Assembly: GCA_002104945.1 (NCBI GenBank)
Contig: MCFH01000026.1
Span: 496,001-560,000, forward strand
DNA length: 64,000 bases
From: Piromyces finnis finn
Taxonomy: Eukaryota > Fungi > Neocallimastigomycota
Direction of reading: 5' to 3'
This document shows positions 62,790 through 64,000 of this stretch, in pieces; position 1 is the stretch's first letter; each line of letters starts with the position of its first letter. The position numbers and the translations under genes are program-made. Below the pieces are notes generated by a model. That model was given only the letters and a program-made list of their open reading frames with translations. It did no database searches and was not told where the DNA came from.

Positions 62790-63375
62790 TGATTTTATTT
62801 CTTTTTTTTCATAATCATTTTTTTGGTTTATCCATAATAATTTTAGAGGAATTATAGCGAAGAGCTATCAATATGTTAAGTTTACGACAAATACCACCAC
62901 TAAAGTCGGATGGTATTTTATTTTTTATGTTCTGTCCAATAACAATATGAAATGAATTCTATAGCAGTTTTTTTAGCTTCTTTTCTTGAATAACTTATAA
63001 TATACAAGGTTATTTCAATATATTCCAAAAGAGTATACTCATCCTATAGAGTATCTTATTGAGGATAATAGCTCTGAGTGATTACATTACCATGTCATTC
63101 AGTAGTATTCTTACCATCATAATAAATTTTATCAAGGGTCTGGTGGAATGAAAAGGAAGAGTAATCAGTAAACTAGTTTTACCAGAACCATTGGGTCCTA
63201 AAATTCCAAAACATTCCCGTTAATCCACACCGATGAATACATTATCAAAGGCAGACATGACAATACGACAACTATCTTTATTGGACACATGAAATTCTAC
63301 GTATTTCGAGGGATGATCCCGTTTAAGAGCTTTTTGAATTTCTTCTGGCATTAATTTTATTTCACTATATTCTTT
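62790..63375 (-). pseudogene. ABCA-type transporter nucleotide-binding domain remnant
   Basis: The minus strand gives ECFGILGPNGSGKTS (Walker A) and FSGGICRKLNILIAL...IIMDKP (signature and Walker B), with stops and frameshifts. Confidence 0.8.
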
Positions 63376-63378
63376 AGC

Positions 63379-64000
63379 TTTTTTTTAAACTTTATTATTA
63401 ATTTAATTAAAATTGTAAATTATAATACATGTTATACAAAAATAAAAATAAAAATTAAAAAAAAATAGGTTTAAATAAACACAAATGAATAAAAATTGGG
63501 TATAATGTATTCTAGTCATTTTAATTAAAGTAAGAAAGCCACTATTATACTAAAGTATAATAATTGTATTTGACTTCCAATGGGACACTGAATCAAAGAT
63601 CATAATTTTGTCATGGGACAAAATTATGATCTACATTGGTTGCGTTGGTCCTCCTGGCCTGTCTTACTATTTCTTCAGCATTGACGCTCTTGGATGTTGC
63701 TTCAAACCTTTTGAACACTGACTATTGCTGGCCAATAGCAAAAGGCATGATTTTGGTCAGAAGTTCTGCTGTTACCGTCAAGAATGGTGTTCTTTCGTAA
63801 GCGCCCGATTGAATCTGACACTTGCAAAGTTCTTTCCATTCCCTTGAATTGTAATTGATATTATTAAAACTTCTTCTCCCAAGAAGGAATTTAAATATTT
63901 TATTGCCCAAGCTAGAATAATCATACACATTAATATTCCCTGGATTATTAGAACTATTACTATCATTAACTAAATTACTATCCAAATTAGAATTATTATC
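63379..64000 (-). mobile_element. LINE family A copy, 3' end (runs off the window)
   Basis: A short T run, then sequence aligning to 25895-26515; ORF piece ...PFLTVTAELLTKIMPFAIGQQ. Confidence 0.9.

Overview
Very AT-rich, intron-containing eukaryotic DNA. Its composition, short AT-rich introns and gene content suggest an anaerobic gut fungus (Neocallimastigomycota); this is inference. Host genes: a membrane-anchored BAG-domain protein, NOT4/MOT2 E3 ligase, a four-TM plus SH3 protein, an intronless bacterial-type class III (anaerobic) ribonucleotide reductase NrdD, U3 snoRNA and an SLC18-like MFS transporter. A retroelement system occupies 20-32 kb and 63-64 kb. It has two divergent single-ORF APE-RT LINE families nested in one another, each with readable target-site duplications, and both share a structured 5' monomer module. 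A tRNA-derived SINE (two near-identical full copies and one old fragment) shares a 41-nt block with one LINE family. The right third is a ~6.1-kb tandem array carrying an orphan ~620-aa ORF, followed by an ABCA-type pseudogene.
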